Source: a virus. From it: 42,829 nucleotides of DNA. Positions 40,416 to 42,829 of this stretch are shown here, piece after piece. Position 1 is the stretch's first letter, and each line of letters starts with the position of its first letter. The translations under genes were made by a program, and so were the position numbers. The DNA is taken from the IMG/VR virus record IMGVR_UViG_3300048589_000489, positions 1 to 42,829 of that record. The stretch is one strand, 5' to 3'. Under the pieces are notes generated by a model. That model searched no databases. It had not been told where the DNA came from and saw only the letters and a program-made list of their open reading frames with translations.

Positions 40416-41270
40416 TTAGATACCCAAATAGGCGTTTCTCCACTGTAGCTGGACGTTGCCTGCGTCGCCTCCGTTACTGGTTTGTATGCTTACGGCGTTA
40501 TCTCCTGGCTCGAGCCACCAGTATTTGCTTCCGCTTGCTAGGTTTGCTACTACTGGCGTACTGCCGTTTAGGATTGCGGTTTTCTTCAACATATCCACGA
40601 CTAGCTGCTCTCCTGAGCTTATGGTTAGGTTTAGCTGTACGTATCTGCCTACCGTCGTATTTCTGATGATTGGGTTATTTAGTGGACCGTTCAAAATGAG
40701 TACGGGGTACGTCTCTACGGTTCCGCTGTTTGTTACTATTTTGGCTCCGCCCGCTGCGGGTGAGTAGGTTACTGGATAGACTACGGGGTATATCGCACCG
40801 CCTCCACTTGGCACCTCGAAACTTTCCGTAAAAAGTTGTTGGCTGTAGAGTGCGTAGTCTGGGCTGAAAAATTGTAGTAGGTAGTCGGCTGTGGTCATTT
40901 TTTCCGCCTTGAGCATTGGCGGGGCTATCAAAATAACGCTGGCTTGAACTGCTAGGGAGTCTAGAGTGGTTATTTTTAGGGTGCGGAGTACTGGTATTCC
41001 TGTACTGGTTTTTTGGTAGCGTAGCTTTCCCATGAGCTGTCGGCGTAAGGCTTGGTACTCGGCTGGAGTGTCTCCCTCCATTGTCCCTGGAATGGTTATT
41101 AGTCTGCCTCCGTAGAAGTGGTTGCTTACGAATGCCCCGTGTTCGCCGTGCCGTGCGTACCTACTTACCCGCAAGTCTGGACTGTCTAGCCCTTCGACGC
41201 GTGGCGACCAAAAGCCCTGGGGGGCTGTGTTGTGGTGTAGTAGTAGGTCATCGACGTGTATTGATTGCAT
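40416..41270 (-). CDS. Distal tail protein (Dit-like)
   Basis: 284 aa, immediately after the tape measure gene. Confidence 0.6.
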   Translation of the reverse strand: MQSIHVDDLLLHHNTAPQGFWSPRVEGLDSPDLRVSRYARHGEHGAFVSNHFYGGRLITIPGTMEGDTPAEYQALRRQLMGKLRYQKTSTGIPVLRTLKITTLDSLAVQASVILIAPPMLKAEKMTTADYLLQFFSPDYALYSQQLFTESFEVPSGGGAIYPVVYPVTYSPAAGGAKIVTNSGTVETYPVLILNGPLNNPIIRNTTVGRYVQLNLTISSGEQLVVDMLKKTAILNGSTPVVANLASGSKYWWLEPGDNAVSIQTSNGGDAGNVQLQWRNAYLGI

Positions 41271-41271
41271 A

Positions 41272-42829
41272 TTAGGCTCTTGCTAGTCTCCACGATAATT
41301 CACGCATGGTTTTGTCCATGTCTATCTGGTTGTAGATGTTGTTGGTTACACTGACTTCACCCCCACCTATTCCCGCCTGGTGGTTGGGGGTTACTTTACT
41401 GCCACGTGGCAGGGTTACTATTTCGGGACCCTGTTCTCCGACTAGGTACTGTCCTGCGTTACTATAGTTTGTACCGCTGTAGGCTCTGCCTCCCCAACTG
41501 CCACCGCCTCCGCCTTGCTGGGCTGCTTCTCGGTTCTTATTGATCCAGTTACTTATAGCGTCTACGGCTCCCTGCACGGCGTTTTTGATTTTGCCCCAAA
41601 CGGTTTCGCTTCTAGCGTTGGCTTCGTCTAGTTTTTTCTGGGCTTCCTCGACCTCTTTTGCTTTTTCGTTGTACTCCTGGTATTTCACTATGTTGTCTTC
41701 TACGGCTTGGTTTACTTGCTTGGTTGCCTGTTCGCTGTCTAGCTTCGCTTGCTCTAGCTGGTTTTCTGCTTCGCGGGTTTCTAGTGCGGTCGGACCGTAT
41801 TTTTTTAGAGCCTCGTTATAGTTTAGCTGGGCACGTTCTACCCGCAAAGCTGCACCTTCTTGGCTGACCATAGCACCTCGGACGCGGTCTTCTGCGTCGC
41901 GTACTGCGTCTAGTGAAATGCGGAGGTTATCCTGTGCCATTTTTAGGCGGTCGGTTGCTATTGATACTAGCTCCTGCTGGGTTTTTAGTAGGTCTGATTT
42001 TATGAGTAGGTAGCCTATTGCTGCGGTTAGGGCTGCGACGGCTGCGACTATCAAAATTATCGGACCCCACGCAATTATGAAAGCTGCTACTACTGGCAAA
42101 CTGGCGGTCATGGCTGCGTTTACCGCTGCTATTGCTACTCCTATGGTTTTTATGGCTATGAGGGTTTGTCCGATCACGATTAGTAGGGGACCAATCGCTG
42201 CGACGAGTACCGCTATCATGGCTATTGCCTGCATGACGCTGGGGGGTAGTTTACCCATCGCGTTTACTATTCCCGTTATGGCGTTTATGAAACTGATTAG
42301 CGGACCCGAATTGGCTGATGACATTCGTATCATCAAGCTGTTTACTGCGTTGCGTAGTTGGTTCAAGGCTCCCGATAGTCCCTTGGTCATTTCGTCTGCG
42401 GTGGCTTGGGCGGTGCCTGTTTTGCCTATTTCTTTGCGTAGCTCCGCGTACCTGTCGGCGTTTTCTCCGATGAGTGGGGCAATTACACGCATACCGTTAG
42501 TTGTAAAAATGGTGTTCAGTAGGAAGTTCTTTTGCTCCTCGGTTGCTCCCTCCATTACTTTGGTTAGGTCTCCTAGCACTACGTCGAAGTCTTTGGCGTT
42601 GCCCTGTGCGTCGTATACCTTCAAGCCTATTTCGTCCATGACTTCTGCTGCTTTGTCGGTTGGGGCGTATAGTGAGGTCATAGCCTGGGCTAGTCCTGTA
42701 CCCGCCATACTTCCGCGGATACCTATTTCCGCTAGTGTACCGACCGCTGCGGATAGTCCTTCTACTTTCTGCCCGAATTGAGCTGCTACTGGTGCCGAGT
42801 ATTTCATCGACTCTTGGAAGTCTGCCAAT
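41272..42829 (-). CDS. Tape measure protein, C-terminal part
   Basis: 518-aa ORF with no real start (edge TTG). It has a central cluster of hydrophobic helices, long coiled coils, and a C-terminal GEQGPEIVTLPRGSKVTPN motif typical of tape measure proteins. It follows the G/GT chaperone. Confidence 0.9.
   Translation of the reverse strand, partial: LADFQESMKYSAPVAAQFGQKVEGLSAAVGTLAEIGIRGSMAGTGLAQAMTSLYAPTDKAAEVMDEIGLKVYDAQGNAKDFDVVLGDLTKVMEGATEEQKNFLLNTIFTTNGMRVIAPLIGENADRYAELRKEIGKTGTAQATADEMTKGLSGALNQLRNAVNSLMIRMSSANSGPLISFINAITGIVNAMGKLPPSVMQAIAMIAVLVAAIGPLLIVIGQTLIAIKTIGVAIAAVNAAMTASLPVVAAFIIAWGPIILIVAAVAALTAAIGYLLIKSDLLKTQQELVSIATDRLKMAQDNLRISLDAVRDAEDRVRGAMVSQEGAALRVERAQLNYNEALKKYGPTALETREAENQLEQAKLDSEQATKQVNQAVEDNIVKYQEYNEKAKEVEEAQKKLDEANARSETVWGKIKNAVQGAVDAISNWINKNREAAQQGGGGGSWGGRAYSGTNYSNAGQYLVGEQGPEIVTLPRGSKVTPNHQAGIGGGEVSVTNNIYNQIDMDKTMRELSWRLARA
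41399..41412. repeat. 14-bp perfect palindrome CTGCCACGTGGCAG (symmetrised relative of the 11-mer)
   Basis: Read directly, inside the tape measure coding sequence. Confidence 0.85.
42703..42829. repeat. Second copy of the 127-bp terminal overlap
   Basis: Identical to nt 1-127. Confidence 0.95.

Overview
The window is a complete, circularly closed genome of a tailed dsDNA phage. Nucleotides 1-127 are identical to 42703-42829, so the unique length is 42,702 bp. All roughly 73 credible genes lie on the minus strand and are tightly packed, often with ATGA stop/start overlaps. Every long plus-strand ORF in the track is an antisense shadow.

Reading in the direction of transcription (descending coordinates):
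- Regulatory gap (34567-34987): a 420-bp intergenic region with a sigma70-like early promoter, a G/C-rich inverted repeat and two hairpin terminators.
- Early and middle genes (34566-18044): many tiny Cys4 zinc-ribbon proteins and a recombination set (Gp157-like protein, SWIM protein, putative annealing protein, PD-(D/E)XK exonuclease, SSB). This region also holds a replication initiator with internal 23-bp iterons, two methyltransferase-like genes (one a ParB fusion), a frameshifted HNH gene and a membrane-anchored RlpA-like protein.
- Structured spacer (17879-18043): 165 nt with nested helices, between the middle and late genes.
- Late genes: small and large terminase, followed by a Mu-like head module (portal, MuF, protease/scaffold, DUF2190-like protein, major capsid). 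A seven-gene block of unknown function comes next and includes a 786-aa protein with 24 tandem 14-aa repeats.
- Connector proteins follow, then the major tail protein and the G/GT chaperone with an A AAA AAG -1 slippery site.
- The tape measure gene crosses the window ends. After it come Dit- and Tal-like proteins, fibre proteins and a lysis cassette (M23 peptidase plus membrane proteins).

I found no integrase, repressor, tRNA, CRISPR array, reverse transcriptase, DNA polymerase or helicase.

Features I consider worth a second look:
- A co-oriented, strongly over-represented 11-mer, CGACACGTGGC.
- The repeat protein and the ORFan head block around it.
- The iterons inside the initiator gene.
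- The structured late-region leader.
- A family of four near-identical promoters.
- A C5-methyltransferase-like protein with Tyr in place of the catalytic Cys.

Functional calls come from motifs read by eye and from synteny. No database search was possible.
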